Shown here piece after piece: positions 10,288 to 19,585 of a stretch of DNA of 64,000 nucleotides. A model generated the notes under the pieces. That model worked only from the letters and a program-made list of their open reading frames with translations, searched no databases and was not told where the DNA came from. Position 1 is the stretch's first letter. Every line of letters starts with the position of its first letter. The position numbers and the translations under genes are program-made. Origin of the DNA: Patescibacteria group bacterium. GTDB lineage: Bacteria > Patescibacteriota > Minisyncoccia > Phycocordibacterales > Phycocordibacteraceae. Location of the stretch: assembly GCA_018971045.1 (NCBI GenBank), contig JAGWVF010000002.1:1133-65132 (forward strand), written 5' to 3'.

Positions 10288-10311
10288 CTTTTGGGTCCGG
10301 TCCTCAAGTGG

Positions 10312-10338
10312 AAAATCAGTCATCGGATGACTGATTTT
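10312..10338. repeat. REP-like palindrome family 1, copy 3 (centre G at 10325), upstream of the gap promoter
   Basis: AAAATCAGTCATC-G-GATGACTGATTTT, 13-bp arms. Confidence 0.9.
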
Positions 10339-10400
10339 GGGGATTGGGGAGAGGGAAGATGATATACTGAAGCGCAGTATAACTAATACCAATATATTGT

Positions 10401-11408
10401 ATGGCTATTCGTGTCGCGATTAACGGGTTTGGGAGAATAGGGAGAGCGTTCGCGCGCCGATCATACGGGCGCGATATCGAGATCGTCGCGGTGAACGATC
10501 TCGGCTCGCTCGAGAATTTGGCATATTTGCTTAAGTATGACACCGTCTACGGCCGCGCGCCGTTCACGGTCGAAACAAAGGACGGCGGACTTCTCATGGG
10601 CGGCTCGATGGTGCGCTTTTGTCAGGAAAAGGATCCTGCGAACCTCCTGTGGAAGGAACTTGCCGTGGACGTGGTCGTCGAGTCAACCGGATTCTTTACC
10701 GATTATGAGAAGGCAGAGGCGCATATCACTGCCGGCGCGCGCCGCGTCGTCATTACGGCGCCGGTCAAGGGGGATTCGCCTCTCGGCGCGACTGTGCTTA
10801 TGGGAGTCAATGAGGATCGGCTTGCCGCGTGCCAAATGACCAGTAACGCGTCCTGCACCACCAACTCCGCGAGCCCGGTGATCGCGATTCTCGACGAAGC
10901 GATCGGCATCGAGAAGGCGATACTCTCCACCACGCACGCCTATACCGCGAGCCAGTCGATTGTCGACAGCCCGTCGAGAAAAGACATGCGAGAGGGAAGA
11001 GCCGCGGCGCAAAATATCGTCCCGACTTCGACCGGCGCCGCGATCGCGGTCGCGCAGGCGTACGAGCCGCTCTCCGGAAAGTTCGACGGCATCTCGCTCC
11101 GGGTGCCGGTACCGGCCGGATCGATCGCCGACGTAACCTTCATCGCGAAGCGTTCGACGACGCGCGAAGAGGTGAATGAGATCTTGCGCGCCGCCGCTCA
11201 GTTACCGCGCTGGGAGGGCATCTTCACCGTGACCGACGAAGAACTCGTCTCGAGCGACATCGTCGGAGAGCCGCACGCGTCAATCGCCGATCTTGGAATG
11301 ACGAGAGTCGTCGACGGCACGCTCGTGAAAGTGCTCGCCTGGTACGACAATGAAATGGGGTACACTGAAGCGCTCGTTCGCCACGTGATCAAAGCGGCCA
11401 ATGCCTAA
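10401..11408 (+). CDS. gap: Type I glyceraldehyde-3-phosphate dehydrogenase
   Basis: INGFGRIGR, AVND, SNASCTTN, STGAA, WYDNE. Confidence 0.97.
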   Translation: MAIRVAINGFGRIGRAFARRSYGRDIEIVAVNDLGSLENLAYLLKYDTVYGRAPFTVETKDGGLLMGGSMVRFCQEKDPANLLWKELAVDVVVESTGFFTDYEKAEAHITAGARRVVITAPVKGDSPLGATVLMGVNEDRLAACQMTSNASCTTNSASPVIAILDEAIGIEKAILSTTHAYTASQSIVDSPSRKDMREGRAAAQNIVPTSTGAAIAVAQAYEPLSGKFDGISLRVPVPAGSIADVTFIAKRSTTREEVNEILRAAAQLPRWEGIFTVTDEELVSSDIVGEPHASIADLGMTRVVDGTLVKVLAWYDNEMGYTEALVRHVIKAANA

Positions 11409-11886
11409 AGTCTATTTTGCGGCCGATCACGCCGGATTCTCGCTCAAGAACGCACTCCTCGAGCGCGTCCGCGCGCTCGGTTACGACGCCGAGGATCTCG
11501 GCGCGTTCGAAAACAATCCGGAAGACGACTATCCCGATTTCGTGACCGCGCTCGCCGAGCGCGTCATGCGCGAGCCGGAAACGCGCGGCATTATCATCGG
11601 CGGCAGCGGCCAGGGCGAGGCGATGTGCGCGAATCGCCTCCGCGGCGTCCGCGCCGCGGTCTTCTACGGCCCGAGGCGCGTGACTGCGGAATTGGAGATT
11701 GAAGGCGATCATTCGGAGGACGGTTTCGATTCGGTGCGACTTCCCCGCCGGCACAATGACGCGAACGTACTCTCGATCGGCGCGCGTTTCGTCTCGGGAG
11801 ACGAAGCCGATGAAGCCGTGCGACTCTTCCTCGAGACGCCTTTTTCCAAGGATCCGCGCCACGCGCGCCGTATCGCGAAATACTAG
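11401..11886 (+). CDS. rpiB: Ribose-5-phosphate isomerase B (RpiB/LacA/LacB family)
   Basis: ADHAGF, DDYPD, GSGQGE..ANR, RRHNDANVL, RHARRI. Confidence 0.92.
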   Translation: MPKVYFAADHAGFSLKNALLERVRALGYDAEDLGAFENNPEDDYPDFVTALAERVMREPETRGIIIGGSGQGEAMCANRLRGVRAAVFYGPRRVTAELEIEGDHSEDGFDSVRLPRRHNDANVLSIGARFVSGDEADEAVRLFLETPFSKDPRHARRIAKY

Positions 11887-11901
11887 CGCTATACTTCAGA
11901 C

Positions 11902-12591
11902 ATGAGCCTCGTCGTTCCCGCGGTGCTTCCGTCCACCGAGCGCGAGTTCGATGATACGCTCGCGCTCTACGGCGCGCTTCCGCGCATCACGCGCATCCAG
12001 GTCGACGTGGTTGACGGACGATTCGCGACACCCGCGTCTTGGCCCTATACCGCGCCGAAGGATCTGCGCGACCGCATCGCCGAGGGTGTGATGCTCCCGC
12101 ACCTCGACCGGATCGAATACGAGATTGACCTCATGTGCCTCGACGCGGAGCATGCCGCCGCCCAGTGGCTCGCGCTTGGCGCGAGCCGGCTCACCTTCCA
12201 CGCGGAGAGCGTTTCTTCAATCGCCCGCTTTCTCGGATCAATGCGCAAGCAGTTCGGCCACATCGTTACCTTCGGCCTTGCCGTGAACGTCGCGAGCGAT
12301 CTCGCGCTCATCGAGCAGAGCCTCGGCGAGATCGCGTACGTGCAGTTTATGGGCATCGCGACGATCGGGCGGCAGGGCCAGCCGTTTGACGCGCGCGTAC
12401 TCGAGAAGATACGCGCTTTCCGCACGCGGCATCCCGACTTGCCTATCCAGGTTGACGGAGGCGTCTCTTTCGATTCGGCGAAGAAACTCCTCGCATTGCG
12501 CGTCAACAATCTGGTTATCGGATCCGGAATCCTGCGCGCCGGCGATCCAGCCGACGCGTTCGCGGCATACGACGCGCTCGAGCGCGCGTAA
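11902..12591 (+). CDS. rpe: Ribulose-phosphate 3-epimerase family protein (divergent)
   Basis: QVDVVDGRF, EIDLM, TFHAE, QFMGI..IG.QGQPF, QVDGGV, VIGSGI; pentose-phosphate context. Confidence 0.85.
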   Translation: MSLVVPAVLPSTEREFDDTLALYGALPRITRIQVDVVDGRFATPASWPYTAPKDLRDRIAEGVMLPHLDRIEYEIDLMCLDAEHAAAQWLALGASRLTFHAESVSSIARFLGSMRKQFGHIVTFGLAVNVASDLALIEQSLGEIAYVQFMGIATIGRQGQPFDARVLEKIRAFRTRHPDLPIQVDGGVSFDSAKKLLALRVNNLVIGSGILRAGDPADAFAAYDALERA

Positions 12592-12650
12592 CCGCTCGGC
12601 ATCCCCACATTCGCGCGAAGACGGACCCGGGTATCGGGTATACTGAAAAG

Positions 12651-13508
12651 ATGACCCTAACGAGCACAGACGTCGCTCTTCTTGAAAAGAAGGCGGAAGC
12701 GATCCGCGAAACGATTATCGCGATGCTTGTCGCCGCGGGGAGCGGACACACCGCCGGCTCCTTGGGCATGGCGGATATCTTTGCCGCATTTTATTTTCAT
12801 ATTCTGAAGCACGACCCGAAGCGTCCCGAGTGGGAAGGACGCGATCGGCTCATTCTCTCAAACGGGCATACTTGTCCAGTGCGCTATGCGGCGATGGCGC
12901 ATGCCGGCTATTTTCCGATCGCCGAATGCCTCACCTTGCGCGCGTTCGGTAGCCGCCTGCAGGGGCACCCTGAGCGTCTGCGTCTGCCCGGCCTCGAGAC
13001 GACGTCGGGTCCCTTAGGCGAGGGTCTCTCTCAAGCGTCTGGAATTGCGTACGCGCTTCGGATGGACGGAAAACAAAACCGCGTCTACTGCGTGATGGGC
13101 GACGGCGAGCAGGAAGAGGGCAATATCTGGGAGGCGGCGCTTTTCGCAGGCAAGTACAAGCTCCACAATCTCACCGCGATTATGGACCGCAACAATATCC
13201 AGATCGACGGCATGACCGAGGACGTGATGCCGCTCGAGTCGGTCGCCGATAAATATCGCGCGTTCAACTGGCACGTGCTTGAGGTCAACGGCCACGACAT
13301 ACGGGCTTTCATCACTGCAGTCGAAGAGGCGGCCGTAATCTACGAGAAACCGACCATCATCATCGCGCACACCATCCCCGGCCGCGGCGTTCCGGAGATC
13401 GAGTTTGACTATCACTGGCACGGCAAGCCGCCCACCAAGGAGGAGGGCGCCCGTTTCCTTAAAGAACTGCGCACGGCCCGCGGCAAGGTTCCTCACGAAT
13501 ATGCTTAA
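12651..13508 (+). CDS. Transketolase N-terminal (TPP-binding) subunit
   Basis: SGHTAGSLG, RDRLILSNGH, LQGHP, GDGEQEEG, DRNNIQIDG, WHGKPP. Confidence 0.93.
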   Translation: MTLTSTDVALLEKKAEAIRETIIAMLVAAGSGHTAGSLGMADIFAAFYFHILKHDPKRPEWEGRDRLILSNGHTCPVRYAAMAHAGYFPIAECLTLRAFGSRLQGHPERLRLPGLETTSGPLGEGLSQASGIAYALRMDGKQNRVYCVMGDGEQEEGNIWEAALFAGKYKLHNLTAIMDRNNIQIDGMTEDVMPLESVADKYRAFNWHVLEVNGHDIRAFITAVEEAAVIYEKPTIIIAHTIPGRGVPEIEFDYHWHGKPPTKEEGARFLKELRTARGKVPHEYA

Positions 13509-14487
13509 TCAGGACGCTCATTTGTCTGAAAAGACGTTTGCGGACGATATCGCGACCGCGGCGACGCGCGACGGCTTCGGCGTGGGCGCGATCGAGGCGG
13601 GGAAGGCCGACGCGCACGTCGTGGTGCTCTGTGCGGATTTGAAGGAGTCAACGCGCGCGGAAGAATTTGAAAAAGTATTTCCCGATCGCTTTATCGAAAT
13701 GGGCGTTTCGGAACAGAACATGGCGGCGCTCTCGGCCGGCATGGCGCTCGCGGGCAAGAAGCCGTTTATCGCGAGCTACGCCGCTTTCAATCCGGGCCGA
13801 AATTATGAGCAGATTCGGACCACCATTGCGCTCAATCGCGTCGGCGTCGTGATCTGCGGCATGCACGCGGGCGTTTCGGTCGGGCCGGACGGCGCGACGC
13901 ACCAAATGCTTGAAGATATCGGGCTCATGCGCATGTTGCCGCATATGACCGTGATCGCTCCCGGGGATGCCGGGGAGGCGCGCAAGGCGGTGCTCGCCGC
14001 CGCGAGCGCCGAGGGGCCGGTCTATATCCGTTTCGGCCGCGCGCCCACGCCGGTGTACACGACGAGCGAAACGCCCTTTCAGATAGGGAAGGCGCTCGTT
14101 CTGTATGATTCGGAAAAACCGGACATCGCGCTTCTTGCTACCGGCGCACTGAGCCACACCGCGCTTTTAGCCGCCGGCTCGCTTGCAGAAGACGGCATCG
14201 CCGCAACGGTTCTGCATGTTCCGACGATAAAACCGCTCGATACGGAGGCGGTGCTCGGCGCCGCGCGCCGTGCCGGCCGCGTTCTCACCGTCGAGGAGCA
14301 TCAGATCGCTGGAGGATTCGGGAGCGCGGTCGCCGAACTGCTCGCCGAGAAGCATCCGGTGCCGATCAAGCGTCTCGGCGTCAACGACGAGTTCGGCCAG
14401 TCGGGTACTCCGAACGAGCTTCTTTCCCACTACGGACTCGATAGGCGGTCTCTCTGCGACGCGGTGCGCGCATTCGTCCGTCCGTAA
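13501..14487 (+). CDS. Transketolase C-terminal subunit
   Basis: ATRDGFG, ADL..ST, GVSEQNM, GPDGATHQ, YIRFGR, EEHQIAGGFG, FGQSG; ATG at 13501 overlaps the N-subunit stop. Confidence 0.93.
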   Translation: MLNQDAHLSEKTFADDIATAATRDGFGVGAIEAGKADAHVVVLCADLKESTRAEEFEKVFPDRFIEMGVSEQNMAALSAGMALAGKKPFIASYAAFNPGRNYEQIRTTIALNRVGVVICGMHAGVSVGPDGATHQMLEDIGLMRMLPHMTVIAPGDAGEARKAVLAAASAEGPVYIRFGRAPTPVYTTSETPFQIGKALVLYDSEKPDIALLATGALSHTALLAAGSLAEDGIAATVLHVPTIKPLDTEAVLGAARRAGRVLTVEEHQIAGGFGSAVAELLAEKHPVPIKRLGVNDEFGQSGTPNELLSHYGLDRRSLCDAVRAFVRP

Positions 14488-14496
14488 ACATTCTTC

Positions 14497-14640
14497 ATGC
14501 TCCTTCAGAAAATAAACTCGTATATGGCGGTTTTAATCATTACAATTTTCGGAGCGGCGGCTTCGCTCATTATCGTCCACGCCGCTTACAACAGTACGTT
14601 CAGCGTGATCTTTAACACCTCGACGTACAGCAATTATTAG
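14497..14640 (+). CDS. 47-aa single-pass membrane peptide (not in the ORF track)
   Basis: MLLQKINSYMAVLIITIFGAAASLIIVHAAYNSTFSVIFNTSTYSNY*; fills the tkt-pfkB gap exactly. Confidence 0.6.
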   Translation: MLLQKINSYMAVLIITIFGAAASLIIVHAAYNSTFSVIFNTSTYSNY

Positions 14641-15620
14641 AGCGCCGTAACGGCATAGCTGGCGGGAGCATTCGCGACATAGGACTCGAGCGCGTCGCGC
14701 GTGAGCAAGCCCTTTTGAGCGCCGAAGGCCTGCACCACCGACATCGCGTTGATCGGCCCCCACGAGAGAGCCTCGGAAAGCGATTTTCCGAGCGCGAGCG
14801 CGACGACGAAGGTCGAGGTGGTCGCGTCGCCCGCGCCGGTCCGATCAATCGGCGGTGTCGGATCAGGGTACATAGGAACGTGAAGCATTTCGGTACCGTC
14901 GAAGACTGAACTGCCGTTTTTCCCGTCGGTGATAAGCGCGATCCTCGGTCCGAGCGCGCGCATTTGCCGAAGAAGCGTTCGAACATCCGTCTCGCCAAGG
15001 CCGAGAATCTGTTCGGCCTCTTCTTTATTGACAGCGACGACATCGGCGCGCGCGTAGAGCGCCGCGAGTGCATCCTTTCCCATCCGGATCTGGAAGGTTC
15101 CGGGCTGGAAGGCGAGTTTCACTTCCGGATGCTCCATGAGCCACGCGACAATCTCGGCGTGGAAGGCCTCGGTATGTTCAGCGAGCGAGGAGAGATAGAT
15201 CCATGCCGGCGCCACGGACGCGGTCGGGAATCGGTACGGATACGCTTCGTGCCGTATGAGGATAGTGCGCTCAGTGTCGTAGGAGAGCACATAATGATGA
15301 TTGGTCGGGATGCCGTCGTGGACGGCGACGTAGCGAGTATCAACGCCTTCCTTCGTGAAGGCGGCGATACAATCCTCGCCGAAACGATCGTTTCCGATAT
15401 TTGAAATGAATCCCGCTTTGAGGCCGAGGCGCGCGGCGGCGACGGCGGCGTTCGCGGCGTTGCCGACTGCCGGCACCATGATCGCCGATTCATACGGAAT
15501 CTTCGCGCCCCACTGCATCGAGATCGTGCAATCTTCTTGATTGATGTCGCAGTGCACCCGCGCTTCTTTCAATTGAATAAACTCGTCAACGACCGTGTCG
15601 CCTATTGCAATGAAGTCCAT
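14637..15620 (-). CDS. PfkB-family carbohydrate kinase
   Basis: GNAANAAVAAARLG and DRTGAGDA PfkB signatures; start MDFIAIGD at 15620 with TATAGT upstream. Confidence 0.92.
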   Translation of the reverse strand: MDFIAIGDTVVDEFIQLKEARVHCDINQEDCTISMQWGAKIPYESAIMVPAVGNAANAAVAAARLGLKAGFISNIGNDRFGEDCIAAFTKEGVDTRYVAVHDGIPTNHHYVLSYDTERTILIRHEAYPYRFPTASVAPAWIYLSSLAEHTEAFHAEIVAWLMEHPEVKLAFQPGTFQIRMGKDALAALYARADVVAVNKEEAEQILGLGETDVRTLLRQMRALGPRIALITDGKNGSSVFDGTEMLHVPMYPDPTPPIDRTGAGDATTSTFVVALALGKSLSEALSWGPINAMSVVQAFGAQKGLLTRDALESYVANAPASYAVTAL

Positions 15621-15662
15621 ATGTACACGACTATACCACATTCGCATGCTAAACTATACGGC

Positions 15663-16655
15663 ATGACTGACTTGGTAGCCGTCGCGCGTTCGCTTTGTTC
15701 TTCCGGAAAAGGATTGCTCGCCGCCGACGAGAGCGTGCACACCGCCACCACGCGTCTCGCTTCCTACGGCATCGCGGCGAGCCCCGAGATGCGGCGGAAA
15801 TTCCGCGATCTTTTCTTCGGAACCGAGGACGTCGAGCGCTATCTTTCCGGCATCATCCTCTTTTCCGAAACCTTGAGCGAAAAGGGCGATGACGCGAAGC
15901 TTTTTCCTGAATCGCTCGCGGCGCGCGGCATCGCTCCCGGAGTGAAAGTTGATCTCGGAACCGAACCCATGCAGGAGAGCCCGCAAGAGCTCATCACCAA
16001 CGGACTTCTCGATCTCCCCGAGCGATTGGGCGCCTACAAGAAGCAGGGCGCGGTCTTCACCAAGTGGCGCGCGGTGATCCGCATTGACGGCGATGAATTG
16101 CCGAGCACCGTCGCGCTCCACGAAAACGCCAAGCGTCTCGCGCACTATGCCAAAGAGGTTCAGGGCGCCGGTATGGTGCCAATCCTCGAGCCGGAGGTCC
16201 TGCTTGAAGGGCGGCACGGGCGCGCCCGCGCCCGCGCGGTGATCGTCGAGACGATGAGCACGCTCTTCTCGGTGCTTGACGAGCTCTCCGTCGATAAGGC
16301 GAGTCTCATCATCAAGACCGCGATGGCGCTCTCGGGAAGCGCCATCGCGAAGATCGATTCGCCGGAAGAGGTGGCCGAGGACACGGTCGCGGCGCTTCTG
16401 GAGAGCGTTCCGCGCCAGGTGGCGGGTATCGTCTTTCTCTCGGGCGGCCAGACGCCCGATCAGGCGACCGCGAATCTCGCCGCGATCGCGAAGCGGGCTC
16501 GGAGCGCGAACGCCCCCTGGCCGCTCACGTTCTCCTACGCCCGGGCGCTTCAGGAGGAGGCGCTCGCGATCTGGAAAGGGAAAGAAGAGAATGTCCCCGC
16601 CGCTCGAGCCGCTTTTCTCGATCGTTTGAAGAAAGTCTCCGCCGCTCTTGTTTAA
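15663..16655 (+). CDS. Class I fructose-bisphosphate aldolase (eukaryote-like 'Glycolytic' family)
   Basis: GKGLLAADES, FTKWR, PILEPE, LIIK (Schiff-base Lys), FLSGGQ, FSYARALQ. Confidence 0.92.
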   Translation: MTDLVAVARSLCSSGKGLLAADESVHTATTRLASYGIAASPEMRRKFRDLFFGTEDVERYLSGIILFSETLSEKGDDAKLFPESLAARGIAPGVKVDLGTEPMQESPQELITNGLLDLPERLGAYKKQGAVFTKWRAVIRIDGDELPSTVALHENAKRLAHYAKEVQGAGMVPILEPEVLLEGRHGRARARAVIVETMSTLFSVLDELSVDKASLIIKTAMALSGSAIAKIDSPEEVAEDTVAALLESVPRQVAGIVFLSGGQTPDQATANLAAIAKRARSANAPWPLTFSYARALQEEALAIWKGKEENVPAARAAFLDRLKKVSAALV

Positions 16656-16872
16656 AATCCTGAGAATCTCTGAAAATTCCCCTTTGAAATGCAATTGCTC
16701 TAATATGCGGCAATATGCAAAAGAGAAAGGAGGTGATGCGTAATGAAGCCGGAAACGTTTGCCGCACTTTGCGCGGTGGCGTCGGTCCCCGCCCCGCAGC
16801 CAGCACACGAGCTGGTCACGGGCTGGTGCACCGGCCCACTGGTGGCCAAGACCCCGACGATTAAGGGGTTCG

Positions 16873-16910
16873 GGGGGTGTCGCTCGCAGGAGCGACACCC
16901 CCTCTTCTCA
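16873..16910 (+). terminator. Strong GC hairpin, probable terminator
   Basis: GGGGGTGTCGCTC-GCAG-GAGCGACACCCCC, 13-bp perfect stem followed by a pyrimidine tract. Confidence 0.6.
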
Positions 16911-16941
16911 TTGGTTTTGTGCAGATATACTATAGTTATAT

Positions 16942-17478
16942 ATGGCGTACACGATTTCATCGATGAAGAGATGGCAAGATCAAATTAAATATCTCGTGAA
17001 GGCGGATAGGAAAGAGCACACGATCGCCACAAAAAGTGGCGATTGGACTCAGTGGAAGGAGCGCGCAAGAGAAAATGCGATGATCCTTAAGAAAATTGTT
17101 CGAAAACATGGCTGGCCAACCGTTTCAACGGTCGGCAAGAGGGTTAGTCATGATGCATGGTTCATTGCTCAACATTCTGACGCCGATCAGGATTTCCAAC
17201 AAACTGTACTCAAAGCAATGAAGGATTCCTTTGCCAAAAACCAAAAAGACGTACTGAAAGAAAACATTGCCTTTCTTGAAGACAGGGTCCTCGTTAACAG
17301 GGGTCGCAAACAACTGTATGGTTCGCAGTTTTATGTCAATAAAAAAGGAGAATTAGTTCCCAGACCTATTAGGGACTTGGCACGTTTGGATCAAAGACGT
17401 AAGGATTACCATTTACCGCCCTTTAATGAGTATCTTGAATCTGCTAAAGAATACTCCTCGAAAAGATCTGGGGAATAG
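16942..17478 (+). CDS. DUF6624-like protein
   Basis: KHGWPTVSTVG..AWFIAQHSD...AFLEDRVLVNRGRKQLYGSQF pattern recalled for DUF6624; low GC relative to flanks. Confidence 0.75.
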   Translation: MAYTISSMKRWQDQIKYLVKADRKEHTIATKSGDWTQWKERARENAMILKKIVRKHGWPTVSTVGKRVSHDAWFIAQHSDADQDFQQTVLKAMKDSFAKNQKDVLKENIAFLEDRVLVNRGRKQLYGSQFYVNKKGELVPRPIRDLARLDQRRKDYHLPPFNEYLESAKEYSSKRSGE

Positions 17479-17540
17479 GTCGTTTTTGAGGGAATCCAAA
17501 AGTTTGCGGGGAAGACGCGGATACGGTATAGTCATCCGAT

Positions 17541-18179
17541 ATGATAACGCTCAATGTAAAGCGGCGTACGGCTCCGGGTTCGACGCCCTGGGCGCTTCGC
17601 CGTGAAGGATCTCTCCCGGCGGTCGTGTATGGGGCTCACCAGCAGTCGACGCCGATCACGCTTGAGACGCGCGAATTCCAGAAAGTGTTCCGCGAAGCGG
17701 GCGAAGCGGCTATCGTGACGCTCGCGGGTCTCGGCCAGCCGGTCTCGGCGCTGATTCACGAGGTGGACTTCGATCCCGTCACGAACCACCTGCGCCACGT
17801 TGATTTCTATGCGGTGACCAAGGGCGAGAAAGTGGAGGTGGAGATCCCGCTTTCCTTTATCGGCGTGTCCGCGGCGGTTGATGCCGGAGCGAATCTGGTG
17901 AAGGTGGCGCACGAACTCGAGGTGAAGGCCGACCCGATGAACCTCCCGCACGCGATCGAAGTAGATCTCTCGGCGCTCGCGTCGGTAGACGATCGGATCA
18001 CTGCGGGAGATCTCAAACTCCCCGCCGGAGTTGAGCTCGTGGGCGACCCTGAGGAGGTGATCGCGCTCGCGCAGGAAGTAGTCGAAGAGAAGGCCGAGGC
18101 GGCGCCCGCCGATATCGGTTCGATCGAAGTCGAGAAAAAGGGCAAGGAAGAGGAAACGAAAACGGAAGAGGCGAAGTAA
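17541..18179 (+). CDS. rplY: 50S ribosomal protein L25 (CTC/TL5 long form)
   Basis: LRREGSLPAVVYG, HVDFYAV, LPHAIEVD, acidic tail. Confidence 0.95.
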   Translation: MITLNVKRRTAPGSTPWALRREGSLPAVVYGAHQQSTPITLETREFQKVFREAGEAAIVTLAGLGQPVSALIHEVDFDPVTNHLRHVDFYAVTKGEKVEVEIPLSFIGVSAAVDAGANLVKVAHELEVKADPMNLPHAIEVDLSALASVDDRITAGDLKLPAGVELVGDPEEVIALAQEVVEEKAEAAPADIGSIEVEKKGKEEETKTEEAK

Positions 18180-18187
18180 TGCGGCCC

Positions 18188-18221
18188 AAAACCGCGCGGC
18201 CCGTACGGGCCGCGCGTTTTT
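18188..18221 (+). terminator. Rho-independent terminator after rplY, abutting the next promoter
   Basis: CGCGCGGCCC-GTAC-GGGCCGCGCG followed by TTTTT, then TGcTATACT. Confidence 0.75.
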
Positions 18222-18235
18222 GCTATACTGCTTGG

Positions 18236-19585
18236 ATGATTCGGCGCGGCGCGAAAACATCTTTATTAGGAACGGCTCTTTTTTTGATCCTTGTTTTTTC
18301 GGCGAATCATACCGTTCGGGCGCAGGATCTTACGCCGAACGAGCGCGCCGCGCTCCAGGCGCAATACGATGAGCTCCAGAAGGAGATCGCCGCGCAACAG
18401 CAGATCATCACCGACACTCAAGCGAAGAAAAAGTCGCTTCAGGGCGACGTAACGCTCCTGAATGCGCAGATCGCCGCCGCGCAGGCGCAGATCGCCGCGA
18501 AGAATATCGTCATCACCCAGCTCGCCGCGCAGATCGCGCAGAAGACCGTCGTGATCAATCAGCTCACCGATCGCATCGACCGCGGCAAGGAGTCGCTCGC
18601 CTCGATCCTCCGCCAGGAGGATCAGATCGACAGCTTGTCAATCGTGGAGGTTGCGCTCTCTCGGAGCGACCTCTCGTCGTTCTATGCCGATGTCGACGCC
18701 TTTTTCTCATTAAAGACCAAGTTGCAGTCGCTCTTCACCGATATCCAGACCGCTAAAGCGCAGACCGAGACCGAGAAGGCCAACCTCGCGGAAAAACAGA
18801 ACCAGACCGTTGACGCCAAATACGTCGTCGAGACCAAGAAACAGCAGATCGTGAGCAATAAGACCGAGAAGCAGCAGCTCCTCGCCATTACCGCCAATCA
18901 AGAAGTCGAGTACAAGAAGGTTCTCGCCGATCGGCAGGCCCGGGCGGCGGCGATCCGTGCCGCGCTCTTCCCGCTCCGCGACGCCGCACCGATTCAATTC
19001 GCCGATGCGCTCGCCTACGCGAAGAAGGCGCAGGCAGAGACGGGTATCCGCCCGGCCTTCATCCTCGCGGTATTGACGCAGGAGTCGAATCTCGGCAGTA
19101 ACGTGGGTCAGTGCTATCTCGCCAACACCGTTACCGGCGCGGGAATCAATAAAAAGACCAATGCGCTCGTGTCGAATGTGATGAAGCCCGGCCGCGATAT
19201 TCCTCCCTTTGTCGACTTGGGGACGCGTCTCGGCTTCGATCCCTTGAAGCAGGTCGTCTCCTGTCCGCAATCAAGCGGGTGGGGAGGCGCGATGGGTCCG
19301 GCGCAGTTCATCCCCTCCACGTGGCAGCTCTACGAGAGCCGCATCGCCTCGGTTACCGGTCACGCGGTGCCGAACCCGTGGGCGGCCGACGACGCGATCG
19401 CGGCGATGTCGGTGTACTTCGACGATCTCGGCGCGGGCGCGGGCGGCTATACGGCCGAGCACACCGCCGCGGCCAAGTATTATGCCGGCGGCGCATGGGC
19501 GACGGCCGGAAGGAGCTACGCGAACAGCGTGATGGCGCTCGCCGAGTCGATCCAGAACAATATCGACTTCCTGGTGAATAATTAG
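18236..19585 (+). CDS. Secreted coiled-coil + lytic transglycosylase (SLT/MltB-like) protein
   Basis: Signal peptide, long Q/K/A heptad region, ILAVLTQES (catalytic Glu), GAMGPAQFIPSTW. Confidence 0.85.
   Translation: MIRRGAKTSLLGTALFLILVFSANHTVRAQDLTPNERAALQAQYDELQKEIAAQQQIITDTQAKKKSLQGDVTLLNAQIAAAQAQIAAKNIVITQLAAQIAQKTVVINQLTDRIDRGKESLASILRQEDQIDSLSIVEVALSRSDLSSFYADVDAFFSLKTKLQSLFTDIQTAKAQTETEKANLAEKQNQTVDAKYVVETKKQQIVSNKTEKQQLLAITANQEVEYKKVLADRQARAAAIRAALFPLRDAAPIQFADALAYAKKAQAETGIRPAFILAVLTQESNLGSNVGQCYLANTVTGAGINKKTNALVSNVMKPGRDIPPFVDLGTRLGFDPLKQVVSCPQSSGWGGAMGPAQFIPSTWQLYESRIASVTGHAVPNPWAADDAIAAMSVYFDDLGAGAGGYTAEHTAAAKYYAGGAWATAGRSYANSVMALAESIQNNIDFLVNN

Noticed and set aside
17530-17540. 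AGTCATCCGAT half-match to family-1 palindrome before rplY
   Set aside because: Right arm absent; overlaps the -10/ATG spacer; may be chance or a decayed copy.
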